Virus record (IMG/VR): IMGVR_UViG_3300036760_000150
Location: 82,674 to 146,673 of that record
Strand: one strand, 5' to 3'
DNA: 64,000 bases
DNA from: a virus
The notes under the pieces are model-generated. The model did not search any database. It was not told the origin of the DNA and saw only the letters and a list, made by a program, of their open reading frames with translations. Shown piece after piece: positions 1-9,400 of the stretch. The position numbers and the translations under genes are program-made. Position 1 is the first letter of the stretch; each line of letters starts with the position of its first letter.

Positions 1-310
1 CCATGTCTGAGAGGATACTATGATCGACCGGCAGCCGCAAGCACGTCGCCATGGTTATCGCAGCTGCGTTGGCATGGATCTCTTGCATCTTGTTTGTCAC
101 TGTCCCCTCAGGCATCCAGTAGAGCATTATGGCATGACCTATCTCGTGGAGTATGACGAGCTGTTGTGCCGACTTGTTGTACGGCATCTCGTCTCTCAAC
201 CATATAACTCCGTTGCCGAAGTAGATCGCTATGTTGTTTTTCGGGTACCTTGCCGTTATACCAACGGACTCTGGGGTAGGACCAACCTTGATGTCAAGGC
301 CAAGCTCCAT
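1..310 (-). CDS. Partial ImmA/IrrE-like HExxH metallopeptidase (runs off the left edge; probable indel near 206)
   Basis: The - strand frame reads LVILHEIGHAIMLYW...QEIHANAAA (HExxH plus downstream E-x-x-A-N). The apparent N-terminus lies in another frame. Confidence 0.45.
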   Translation of the reverse strand, partial: MELGLDIKVGPTPESVGITARYPKNNIAIYFGNGVIWLRDEMPYNKSAQQLVILHEIGHAIMLYWMPEGTVTNKMQEIHANAAAITMATCLRLPVDHSILSDM

Positions 311-353
311 AGATAATGTGTGTACTGCAGGTGAGATCTTGGTTTTGTACAGC

Positions 354-722
354 TTACCTAGAGAACTTCTTGATGTACTCCGCTGCGTCTTCGTGCGGCT
401 CATCCTTACCCTCACCCTTTCGTACTATATAGATCTCAACCCAGTTGTCTCCTATTGGCATTACCTGGATCTGGTACGAGACCGAGTTGCATGTACCGAG
501 AAAAAATAATATGGCTGCCACTAACTGTTCTGTGAGAGTCTGATAGTCTACAGCAAGCGCCATAGATGTAAGTGCGCAGTCTATCGCGTTTTGTACGCCG
601 CGTCTGTACTCCTCATCTCTCTCATCTGTGAAGTATAAACCAGACACATACTCAGGTGCACACTCCGAACACTCTGTTACGGGCCAGTCTTCGTCGTCAG
701 CCATACTTGTACCTCTTACCAC
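354..722 (-). CDS. Hypothetical protein
   Basis: ORF in a tightly packed - strand operon; the start may be the internal M (MADDED). Confidence 0.55.
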   Translation of the reverse strand: MVRGTSMADDEDWPVTECSECAPEYVSGLYFTDERDEEYRRGVQNAIDCALTSMALAVDYQTLTEQLVAAILFFLGTCNSVSYQIQVMPIGDNWVEIYIVRKGEGKDEPHEDAAEYIKKFSR

Positions 723-869
723 ATCGACAGACGATCATCTTCACCGGCATGCCGACGCGGCCTCTCACCATCCTGAGCTTGTCCATGCCGTGGTCACATT
801 TGGCCACATCGAAGATCGTAGACTTTTTGACCACGTCTTTCATCTTAAGGAAGTCGTTGTAGTGCATCA

Positions 870-1877
870 TTATCCCCTTTTGTTCTCGTCACTGCTATAG
901 TCATTTGAACCTATGCCCATACGTCCTCTACCTGAGTCGTCCGACTTAGGTGAGTACTTCATCTTACCCAGCCTGTTGATCGTCTCTTGTGTCGGCATGC
1001 CGAGGCAGAAGATGCTCACGATCATGTCTCTGAGATGGGCGAACGTGAATCCTTTGGTGACAGTTGCTAGGTTGATATGCTCAACCTCACCGGTCTGCTG
1101 GTTAGTCTCCTTGTGGATATGGTTGCCTTCCCCTAGTTTATGCTCGATGTAGAACTGTCGAGCTTCCTCGCTTGGGTACCCGATCTCCACTATCTTGTCG
1201 AACCTAGACGGTCTGTTTACGAGTCTGGGAGGAAGCTTCTCTGGGTAGTTCGTGGTGGCGATGTACACCACGTTGTCGGCCTGAACTGATCCGTCCAACA
1301 AGTTCAACAGGTGGTGCTCGTTACCGTGCATCAAGATGTCGTCAACATCCTCTAATAGGACCAAGATCTTCCTGTTAGGCTCTACCTGTCTGATAACTCT
1401 CATGGCCTCTTCAAGAGTCTGAGGGTTCTGTGACAAGAACACAAGCCCATCCTGCTTGTTGATCATCTCCTGGGCAACCAACGACACGGTGCAGGACTTC
1501 CCGCCACCCGGAGGTCCCCACAGTAGAAATCCTCGTTTGTGGACGAACCCGTACTGCTCGAACTTAGGCTTAAGACTCCAGAACTTGTCTATCTCGCTCA
1601 AGATCATGGCACTCTTGCTGTCTGGGAACTTCAGTAGGTTGTCTGTGACGATGTCTTCGCGAGAGAAGACTATCCCTGCATTGTCTATCATGAGTCGGTA
1701 CAACGCAGACGGCATCTTGTCTACAGTCTTGGTGGCTGGTCTGTAGTACTTACCGTCTAGGGTTGTGTACTGGACGAACGAGGCGGCACGTTTGGCCTGT
1801 ACGAAGTCTTTTGTGCTTGATATCTTGTCATTTTCGCCAACGATCGTGGGTATAGCGACATTTTTCAGTTCATCCAT
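870..1877 (-). CDS. AAA+ ATPase
   Basis: Walker A GPPGGGKS, Walker B VLLEDVD, sensor ATTNYPE and SRH motif NRPSRFD. Confidence 0.92.
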   Translation of the reverse strand: MDELKNVAIPTIVGENDKISSTKDFVQAKRAASFVQYTTLDGKYYRPATKTVDKMPSALYRLMIDNAGIVFSREDIVTDNLLKFPDSKSAMILSEIDKFWSLKPKFEQYGFVHKRGFLLWGPPGGGKSCTVSLVAQEMINKQDGLVFLSQNPQTLEEAMRVIRQVEPNRKILVLLEDVDDILMHGNEHHLLNLLDGSVQADNVVYIATTNYPEKLPPRLVNRPSRFDKIVEIGYPSEEARQFYIEHKLGEGNHIHKETNQQTGEVEHINLATVTKGFTFAHLRDMIVSIFCLGMPTQETINRLGKMKYSPKSDDSGRGRMGIGSNDYSSDENKRG

Positions 1878-1883
1878 CTCGTG

Positions 1884-2117
1884 TTACTCCTGTCGAATGT
1901 TGTTTAACACCAACGACATGGCGTCTGCCATGGCATCTATGTAGCCGTTGTGGTAGTCGAGCTTGCGATCCCACAGCTCATCTTCCGTCATCTGGTGCAC
2001 GGGTAAGGTGTGTGCGAATATCTCAGCCGACGACCTGGCCATGTTAAGGATGTTATCACGCTCGTCGGCGTCGAGTCCAGCTTGTCTCAACTTTTCCTCA
2101 GACGTCATGTTAGTCAT
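1884..2117 (-). CDS. Hypothetical protein
   Basis: ORF overlapping its neighbour in the - strand operon. Confidence 0.55.
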   Translation of the reverse strand: MTNMTSEEKLRQAGLDADERDNILNMARSSAEIFAHTLPVHQMTEDELWDRKLDYHNGYIDAMADAMSLVLNNIRQE

Positions 2118-2373
2118 AGCTCTCTTCGTCTTCCCAGAATTCTACATTTGATTGGTCGTCACCAAGCCGTCCTTCATCGATCTCAACCTCTTCGATGCCG
2201 TTGTTGCACTCGAAGCACAGCGATGGCGCACAACTTTGAGCCATGAGATACGCCTTTTTCTCAGAGTCGTTCATGGCCTCGAAAGATTTAAGTTCTTCTC
2301 CGGACAACTTTATATTGTTGTAGCCGGTGCCATACACAGGGAATGAGATCTTGAACGTCTTACCCTCGCCCAT
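2110..2373 (-). CDS. Hypothetical protein (CxxC)
   Basis: ORF with overlapping start/stop and a LCFEC motif. Confidence 0.55.
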   Translation of the reverse strand: MGEGKTFKISFPVYGTGYNNIKLSGEELKSFEAMNDSEKKAYLMAQSCAPSLCFECNNGIEEVEIDEGRLGDDQSNVEFWEDEESYD

Positions 2374-2653
2374 CTGTCTCTCCTTTTATTCTTTTAAAGA
2401 TCTTAACACATCGCGGACAATTTATCGCATCTAATGTACAATCGTCACGAGATTTTATGTCGAACTTTCCTTTTCTACCGCACAGCAGTTGATACTGAGA
2501 CCTTGTTATGCGGCCTACTGTTAGGTAGGAGTAGTTAACGTTTGGGTTGTTAGGCACGAATTGAGCGTGCACAACAGAATGTTTATTTGTTCCTGTCCCC
2601 AAAATCGTTTAACTTCTGGTCAATGATCAATGTGTGTGCACTTCAGTTAGAGC

Positions 2654-2682
2654 TTGCTTTGTATCTACGTAGATGTTACGAT
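2654..2682 (+). promoter_or_regulatory. sigma70-type promoter, probably leaderless for the ORF starting at 2689
   Basis: TTGCTT-N17-TACGAT with an extended TG; ATG lies 6 nt after the -10 box. Confidence 0.55.
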
Positions 2683-2688
2683 GTTGTG

Positions 2689-4438
2689 ATGAGTAAGTAT
2701 GTCAAGATCGTTCTTCTTTATCTAGTGCTTCCAGTTGTCGTAGTTCTGTCTGCTCGTGTCTACATACTTGACTGGGCCACTATGTCGTTTAAGTTCGGAT
2801 GTGACACTGCGGCAGAGCGTGTCTACAGGTTCAACAGCAAAGCTCTAGGTCGAGAGCTTCAGCATTTCTGTGTCGTGTATACCGGCAACATAAAGAAGGA
2901 GTTCGGCGATGGCTTCGATCACTAAAATGTACACATATTTACTGGTAGTCATCCTTTTTCTAGGAGTTGGGTTAGGATGGTACTGTGATCATGGTCAACA
3001 ACAGAGGAAGATAAGGCAAGCTTACTTCGACGCATGTTATTCTTTCATGTCAACAGCGGCGACGCAGATGGTACAAGACAACGATAAAGAAACTCTTGAT
3101 GTGCTACCCTTGGATATCATCTACGAACAATGTAGCAAATTATCTAAAGAGTACATGCAGTAGTACGATAGATGAAGTTAATCGAGTTATGTCAATTTGT
3201 TGTCAAACCATGTGAGACCGATCTTTGTCGTCATGTTGTGTACGGCGCGATCGCTTTGGCATTTTTAGTTGTTGTGGTATGTGGCATAGGCCTGTACTCT
3301 GGTGAGTACCAGAGACGCGAGCAGGAGAGGTTTAAGAGTGTGCTTAAGCTGAGAAGGAAGAGATGACTGAGGACGGTAAGAAACTAGTATACCTGCAAGC
3401 TTACAGTCTTGCTAAGCAGTACACAAAAGGATTCTTTGCGGCTTTGCCCACCAACCATCGTTTGATGTCTCCTAAGGTGTACGATGCCGTTCAGGGCGCC
3501 ATATTCAACTCTTACGTCGATGCCTACAACCAAGGTGCACGAGACATGGAAGTGGCAAGGGCTAGGGAGCTGTATGAAACGAAGTGAGCTAGTTAAACAC
3601 ATGACCGAACACTGGTGCGGACTCTCGTTCCAGTACATACCTGACGAAGATTCGTACGACGAGGTCATGGAGAACATGGATATCATGTTAACTTTGATCG
3701 AGTTCCATGGTATGCTTCCACCTCCTACGTTTGGTCAGATCGGCTATGGTGCTTCACAGATAAAGCATGACACCATATTCTTCCAATGGGACCCTGAAGC
3801 AGAAGACAAGCAGGATGCGTGATGTGTTGCATGATATGTCAACTTATAGATCGTGAACGTCTAACGTATGAGGAAGCCTGGAAGGCTGCGGGTGGCGGCG
3901 AGCATATCGTTGAGCCTGAACATGCAGACGAGTTGATCGGTAAGATCGATCGATTGTACCGTGGTGAACAAGGAGCTGCTGTAGAGCATGGCACTGAAGA
4001 AGACGAAGAAGAGTCATAGGAAAGACAACAAGGTAGACACGAAGCTAGACACGAAGCTAGACACGAAGCTAGAGTACTGCCATCACGATCCCAGCGTCAA
4101 GACCGAGGTGATCCACGAAGGCGACCCATACATCTTCGTCTACTGCAAGAACTGCAACGAGTCGATCTACAAGTGGAGAGGGTGGGATTGATATGTACAG
4201 AGATGGTAGACAGTACTTCTTCAAGAACGTTCGGTTGATCAAGAGTAGGTGGATCAGCAGTTGCCTTGTCGTGGACGGTTACGAGTACAACCCGTTCTTG
4301 TTGCTTGAGATCAGTCCGAACCTGACTAAGTTCCCTAGAGGGAAGCGCCTGTGGGACAATGGCTACGTGTCGTTTGGCCTCTTTCGTCTCAAGCTCACGC
4401 TGTACGTGACCTTGACATTTCTAAGGTATCTGAGGTAG
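2689..4438 (+). CDS. Operon of about 8 small hypothetical proteins, several with TM/signal segments (2689-2925, 2909/2927-3163, 3172-3366, 3363-3587, ~3574-3822, 3819-4019, 3988-4191, 4193-4438)
   Basis: Consecutive overlapping ORFs; the first three have hydrophobic N-terminal stretches. Confidence 0.6.
4034..4072 (+). repeat. 12-bp tandem repeat (TAGACACGAAGC x3) encoding DTKL repeats
   Basis: Seen directly; in frame in ORF 3988-4191. Confidence 0.9.
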
Positions 4439-4475
4439 TTTACAGGTACATGTCTGTTACCATGAAGGAGTACAC

Positions 4476-4799
4476 ATGAACAACGTATTATCTATATCTC
4501 CAAGGAAGATCACGAAGAACGGGCAGATCGTCCTGCCCAAGGCAGTGCGCGACACACTAGGCGTGAAGAACGGTGACTTCGTGTCGTTCAACATCATAGA
4601 CGGCCTAGTCACCGTCACCCGAGAGCCCATCAACGAGGCTGTCCAGAGTGGTCGGTCTTTGTCTACCAAGGAGTTAGACGAGGCGTTTGACGAGGTCGAG
4701 GCGACCATCCAGAAGTCTGTGGCGATCAGCCCAGAGACCCTGACTGGTGGTCCTACAACCGCAACTGAGGTTGCGGACGACGGGTTGGCGCCGTTCTGA
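4476..4799 (+). CDS. AbrB/MazE/SpoVT-family DNA-binding protein
   Basis: KITKNGQIVLPKAVRDTLGVKNGDFVSF is a canonical swapped-hairpin signature; GGAG RBS. Confidence 0.85.
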   Translation: MNNVLSISPRKITKNGQIVLPKAVRDTLGVKNGDFVSFNIIDGLVTVTREPINEAVQSGRSLSTKELDEAFDEVEATIQKSVAISPETLTGGPTTATEVADDGLAPF

Positions 4800-4977
4800 T
4801 GACATCAGATCATTTTAAAGTGGCACTGACCACTGCGGCGATCTTCGCCGTCTTCATTGTAGGGTATGCGTACTTCATCGGTGCCCCATTGGCACAGGCC
4901 TCGAAAGGTATGGCAGCGGCCATATGTCAATCCTGGCACCTTAACTGCTACTTTGGTCCGTGACGGTTCCTGAATAA

Positions 4978-5009
4978 GATCAACAAGTTAGGGTAAAGTC
5001 TTAATCTTA
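4978..5009 (+). promoter_or_regulatory. Putative late promoter (TCTTAATCTTA) with an upstream IHF-like box
   Basis: TCTTAATCTTA at 4999-5009 and GATCAACAAGTTA at 4978-4990; the same motif recurs before other + strand structural blocks. Confidence 0.6.
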
Positions 5010-5039
5010 TTGAAGAATCTATAAAAGAGGAGCCTCACC

Positions 5040-5450
5040 ATGAGACTAGGCCTAGTCATACTCAGCCCCTTCTCAACTCTCAACAACCTGCAGCACCTCA
5101 ACCAGGCCTCTGTGTCTCAGGGCGACACTGCTGACGTGTACTTCCAGCTCGTTGACATGGACACCATATCTGAGAGATTCCAGAGAGGTATCAGGTACAT
5201 GCCAGCTTCTGGTGCCACGATGCAGGTGACCATGAAATCTATCAACGATGCGAACACGGTCGCGAAGGCAGCCACGATGGCGTTCCCTTCGGACGACAGG
5301 TCTATCTGGAAGTTCAGCCTGTCTGCTGCGGAGACGCAAAAAGTGGCCGGTGTGAACCTCAGAATCGTCTTGACAGAGGGGTCCAACATCAAGTCGGCCA
5401 ACGCAACCAACGTCATATCTGTGACGCCTGCGAACCAGTTTCAGTGTTAG
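5040..5450 (+). CDS. Putative virion structural protein (beta-rich)
   Basis: Strong GAGGAG RBS; first gene after the late motif. Confidence 0.6.
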   Translation: MRLGLVILSPFSTLNNLQHLNQASVSQGDTADVYFQLVDMDTISERFQRGIRYMPASGATMQVTMKSINDANTVAKAATMAFPSDDRSIWKFSLSAAETQKVAGVNLRIVLTEGSNIKSANATNVISVTPANQFQC

Positions 5451-5451
5451 T

Positions 5452-5589
5452 ATGAGTTGTCTAAACTGTGGCAAAAAGTTAAGGCTACAAAATACTATTG
5501 GATATTGTCGTAAACATAGAGGCCATGCACCTAAGGTTGTTGAATATCATAAACAATATCAACGAGATAATAAAGAAATTAAAGGGTAA
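5452..5589 (+). pseudogene. Truncated homing-endonuclease-like remnant (Zn-finger N-terminus)
   Basis: AT-rich 45-aa ORF MSCLNCGKKLRLQNTIGYCRKH...EYHKQYQRDNKE. It resembles N-terminal CxxC modules of phage HNH endonucleases, but no nuclease domain follows. Confidence 0.45.
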
Positions 5590-5607
5590 TAAGACAGGGG
5601 CAATTTA

Positions 5608-6492
5608 ATGTCTGAATATAGTCGTACAAAACCTATCCCAAATCGTAACTATCCATCAAAAAGTGTAGTTGGTGGTGTTGCTGGTTTTTCACGTGTAGAA
5701 GCCATGTTAACAGTAGATAGATTACGTCAAGAATTTTTGTTCGGTATACCATTAGTTTCTTTCATCACGAAGGAGACCCTTAAGGACGAAACTATCAGGA
5801 ACATCTTGAATCGTGCTGCTGCTCGCGTAGAGCTTGAGTGTAAGATCGACGTCACTCCTGTGCAAAGAGAGGGTCATTTTCCATTTGATAGAGTTAAATT
5901 CCTGCAAGGATTCAACCAGATCGACCTCAGCAACGTGCCACTCAGGAGTCTTGAGGAGTTCTCAATTCGAGCAGTCAACAGTGCGAACACGCCAGACAAC
6001 GTGAGTGGTGGAGGTCCTGACGGTAAAGGGACGGTTATATACACCCTGCCACTTGATTGGATTGACCTATCACAATCACATAAAGGTATCTTGCATGTGT
6101 TCCCATTGATCAGCACGTTCACCGGTACTGGTCAGGTTGCCGCTGCAGTCATGGGGCCGTCAGCATCTCTGTTCATGAACTTGATACATCAGACATATAT
6201 GCCTGCTTATTGGTATGTCCGTTGGACGTCAGGGTTTGACGAGAATGCCGTTCCTGCAACGCTGAATGAACTTATAGGTTGTTTTGCTGCCTTAGAGATC
6301 TTGAGTTTGATCGGTCCTCTTCGTCTATGGAACTCACAGAGTATCAACATCGACGGATCTGGACAATCTGTAGCAGGACCAGGTTCGCAACTGTTCAAAC
6401 AACGTATAGATGAGTTGACCAGTCGTATCGCTGAGCTTAAAGATCTGATCAAAGCACGCTTTAGCCAGAAGATCGTGATGGTTCATATCTAA
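5608..6492 (+). CDS. Putative head-tail adaptor/neck protein
   Basis: Adaptor-like pattern (ARVELECKIDV...YVRWTSGF...PATLNELIG...SQSINIDGSGQS) and position in the late operon. Confidence 0.6.
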   Translation: MSEYSRTKPIPNRNYPSKSVVGGVAGFSRVEAMLTVDRLRQEFLFGIPLVSFITKETLKDETIRNILNRAAARVELECKIDVTPVQREGHFPFDRVKFLQGFNQIDLSNVPLRSLEEFSIRAVNSANTPDNVSGGGPDGKGTVIYTLPLDWIDLSQSHKGILHVFPLISTFTGTGQVAAAVMGPSASLFMNLIHQTYMPAYWYVRWTSGFDENAVPATLNELIGCFAALEILSLIGPLRLWNSQSINIDGSGQSVAGPGSQLFKQRIDELTSRIAELKDLIKARFSQKIVMVHI

Positions 6493-6496
6493 AGTT

Positions 6497-9400
6497 ATGG
6501 AAGATAGTAATCGCAAAGACATCTTGACATCAAAAGATATCAACGAATCGTTGACGTCAGATGATACCAACTTAGAGAAGTCGGTGAATACCAAGCTTGT
6601 TCATCTAGCTACTATAGCCTCACTTCTCGGTGTCCCGTACTCTTCAAACATGCAGCCACCTAAAGCTGTGGCGGCAGCTCCAGCAGTTGTCCCCAGCGCC
6701 ACCCCTCATCCCGGTCTTGAGCCCATAGCGTACATGGAGTCCAGGAATGGTAGGAACCAGAGGCACAAGCTTGTGACATGGGGCCTCAACTCTGGAACCA
6801 AGGCTGTAGGCAAGTACGGCCTCATGCCACTGACTGTCCACGAGACTGCCAAGCATGACAGCACCATCGGCAGGATGTACCCTGAGTTTAAGACTCTAGA
6901 CCCTATCAAGGATCACGACAAGTACGAGAAGATCTTGCTTGCCAACCCGCAGGTGCAGGACCACATCGCCAACTCACACTGGGGTAGGTTGACTCGCACC
7001 TTCGGTAAAGACAAGAACAGGGCAGTCTACGCCTGGAAGTACGGCATCACAGGTGCCAAGACTGCATCACATAGCGATGTTTCGTCTGCTCCTTACGTGA
7101 GGGAGTACAACAAGCATCACAACATGCTGAATGTTCAGACCAAGAAGAGTCTTCGCAAGTCAGAGTTTCAGCTGCCGCAGCACTTCAGTTTCATATCAGC
7201 TCAACGCGGTGGTGATCACAACCATGACGTACATCAACGTCTGTACCAAGACCTGAGAGACTCAGGGTTCGACCCCGTTGAGGTGACGGGCCACTACGGC
7301 TACCAGGAGAGGTCTTTCCTAGTACCACACACAGGCTCTGCTGTCGATCGCAACAAGGTCGAAGATCTAGGCAGGAAGTACAATCAGGAGAGTGTGTTAC
7401 ACTCGTCCGACTTGAACAACGAGCTGGTCAACCTAGAAGATCCAACGAAGAGTATGAGGGGTTCTGGCATCAGCAACGATTACAGTGATGCCATGTACAC
7501 CGAGCTGCCTGGTGGTAGTAGATTTAAGTTGAACCTAAGGAAAACAGAGGTCCTTGAGAAGGCTGACGGACAACCTAACCCACAAGCTCGTCAGGTGGCA
7601 GAGGGTTACGCCAACTCAAAAGGTATCAAGCTGCGGCGTCTGACTCCGGTTAAGGTAAACCCACAGTTCGCGACGCATGTCGCTGGCGCCTACGAGAAGA
7701 TGCCTCACTCTCCTAGCAGTCCAGACACCAAACGTTCATACGACGCCTTGATCAGCGAGACGCTGGATCAGTTCCAACACATGAAGAACGCAGGCCTTAA
7801 GATATCAAAGATCAAGCCTGGCATGGAGAACCCCTACAAGTCTTCAAAAGACTTGTTCCATGACGTTCAGCACAACAACCACATGTGGTACTTTCCAACT
7901 GAGAGTGGGTTTGGATCATCTGAAACTCGTAGCGACCATCCTATGCTTGCTCCAACAGAAGAGATGCATGAGGGCAAGCCGATGCTTGCGAATGATGTGT
8001 TCAGGGTAGTTCATGATTACTTCGGACATGCAAAAGAAGGTCATGCCTTTGGCCCCAACGGGGAAGAGAACGCCTGGCAGACTCACGCTCAGATGTACTC
8101 GCCGGAGGCTAGACGGGCAATGACCGCCGAGACTCGTGGACAGAACAGTTGGGTTAACTTCGGGCCGCATGCTGCACACAACAGGTCAAACCCACACCAA
8201 ACTGTATACGCTGATCAGAAGGCTGGGCTGTTGCCTGACTGGGCTCATGCAGTAGATCCTACACAGGCGTTTAGTAAATCAGAAGATGATGATAAAGTTC
8301 TCTACCACTACTCACAGCATCCTGAGCCGTTGAAGATCATAGACCCTGTCTTCCACGGTACTGGTTACCCTGGTGCTGAAGGCAAACGTGACGACAGAGT
8401 GGCTCGTGCGTACTACTACGACACACCGACGGGTCATGAACCTGATGTTATCTCTGGTGCTACGCATATGTACACTGTGAAGCATCCAGGCAACATACTT
8501 GACGTCGCCAGCGAAGAGGCCGAACCGTTCAAAGAGAAGGCTCGCAACCAATATGGTATCATAGACTACTCAGACCTTGAGCGTCACATGAAAGATGCTG
8601 GGTACAACGGTTACAAGAACACAGCGAGCGCCATCCCTAACGCAGTCGCTTTGTTTCATCCTCAGCAGGTTGATGAGTCGAGAGATCTACGTAAGTCGGA
8701 AGAGCTTGAGAAAGCATCTCATAACGTGCGAGAACAAAAGGCTAAGGTATTCGGCACAAAAGCTAATCCTCCTGCTGGATCGCAGATGCGTGAGAAACAC
8801 ATCGAACACATCAACAACTTCGCCAAGAAATTCCTTAACCTAGAGATCCGTCCTTCAGGCGGTAAGATCAACGAGGCAACAGGACAGAGACGATCTGAGA
8901 GTCCTAAGATAGGTACCGACAAACCGGACTGGAGAAGTGGTCAACTTGAAGCTCAATGGAACCCGGAAGCTATCATGCATGAGCTTGCACACCTTATGTT
9001 GCTACCTTCAGGTGTTGGCTTAAAAGAAGGCCAAAGGCTGATGGACAAGCAGTACGGAGAGGTTCAAAGTAAATACGGATATATGCAGCAGAAAAGATCT
9101 CAGGGTGAGGTACAACCTATGGCTGCGGAGCAGATCATACGTAGACACCTAGGTCTTCCAGCCAGTCGAGTGAGCATTCCTGTTGAGTCGAAAGATGCCC
9201 CACCTAGAGTGTCAGTTGAAGCTCCAGATGTGGTTATAGGTACACGAGTTCCACAACCCACTAAGAGTGGTGCAGTTAAATGGGTCGATCTGATCAGACA
9301 GTCCCGCCTTTTGAACACAGAGAATCGAAAGAGGTTGGAAGATATCTTTAGTGGTAACATCAAATTTCATCCAGAGTTGGGTTGGATACCGAAGAAGACA

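Noticed and set aside
4932-4948. Second sigma54 site CTGGCACCTTAACTGCT
   Set aside because: It lies within a plausible small ORF, the -12 box is imperfect and the IHF-like box is downstream rather than upstream.
4476-4962. AbrB/MazE-type toxin-antitoxin pair
   Set aside because: The downstream ORF is a short hydrophobic peptide with no PIN/MazF/Doc features.
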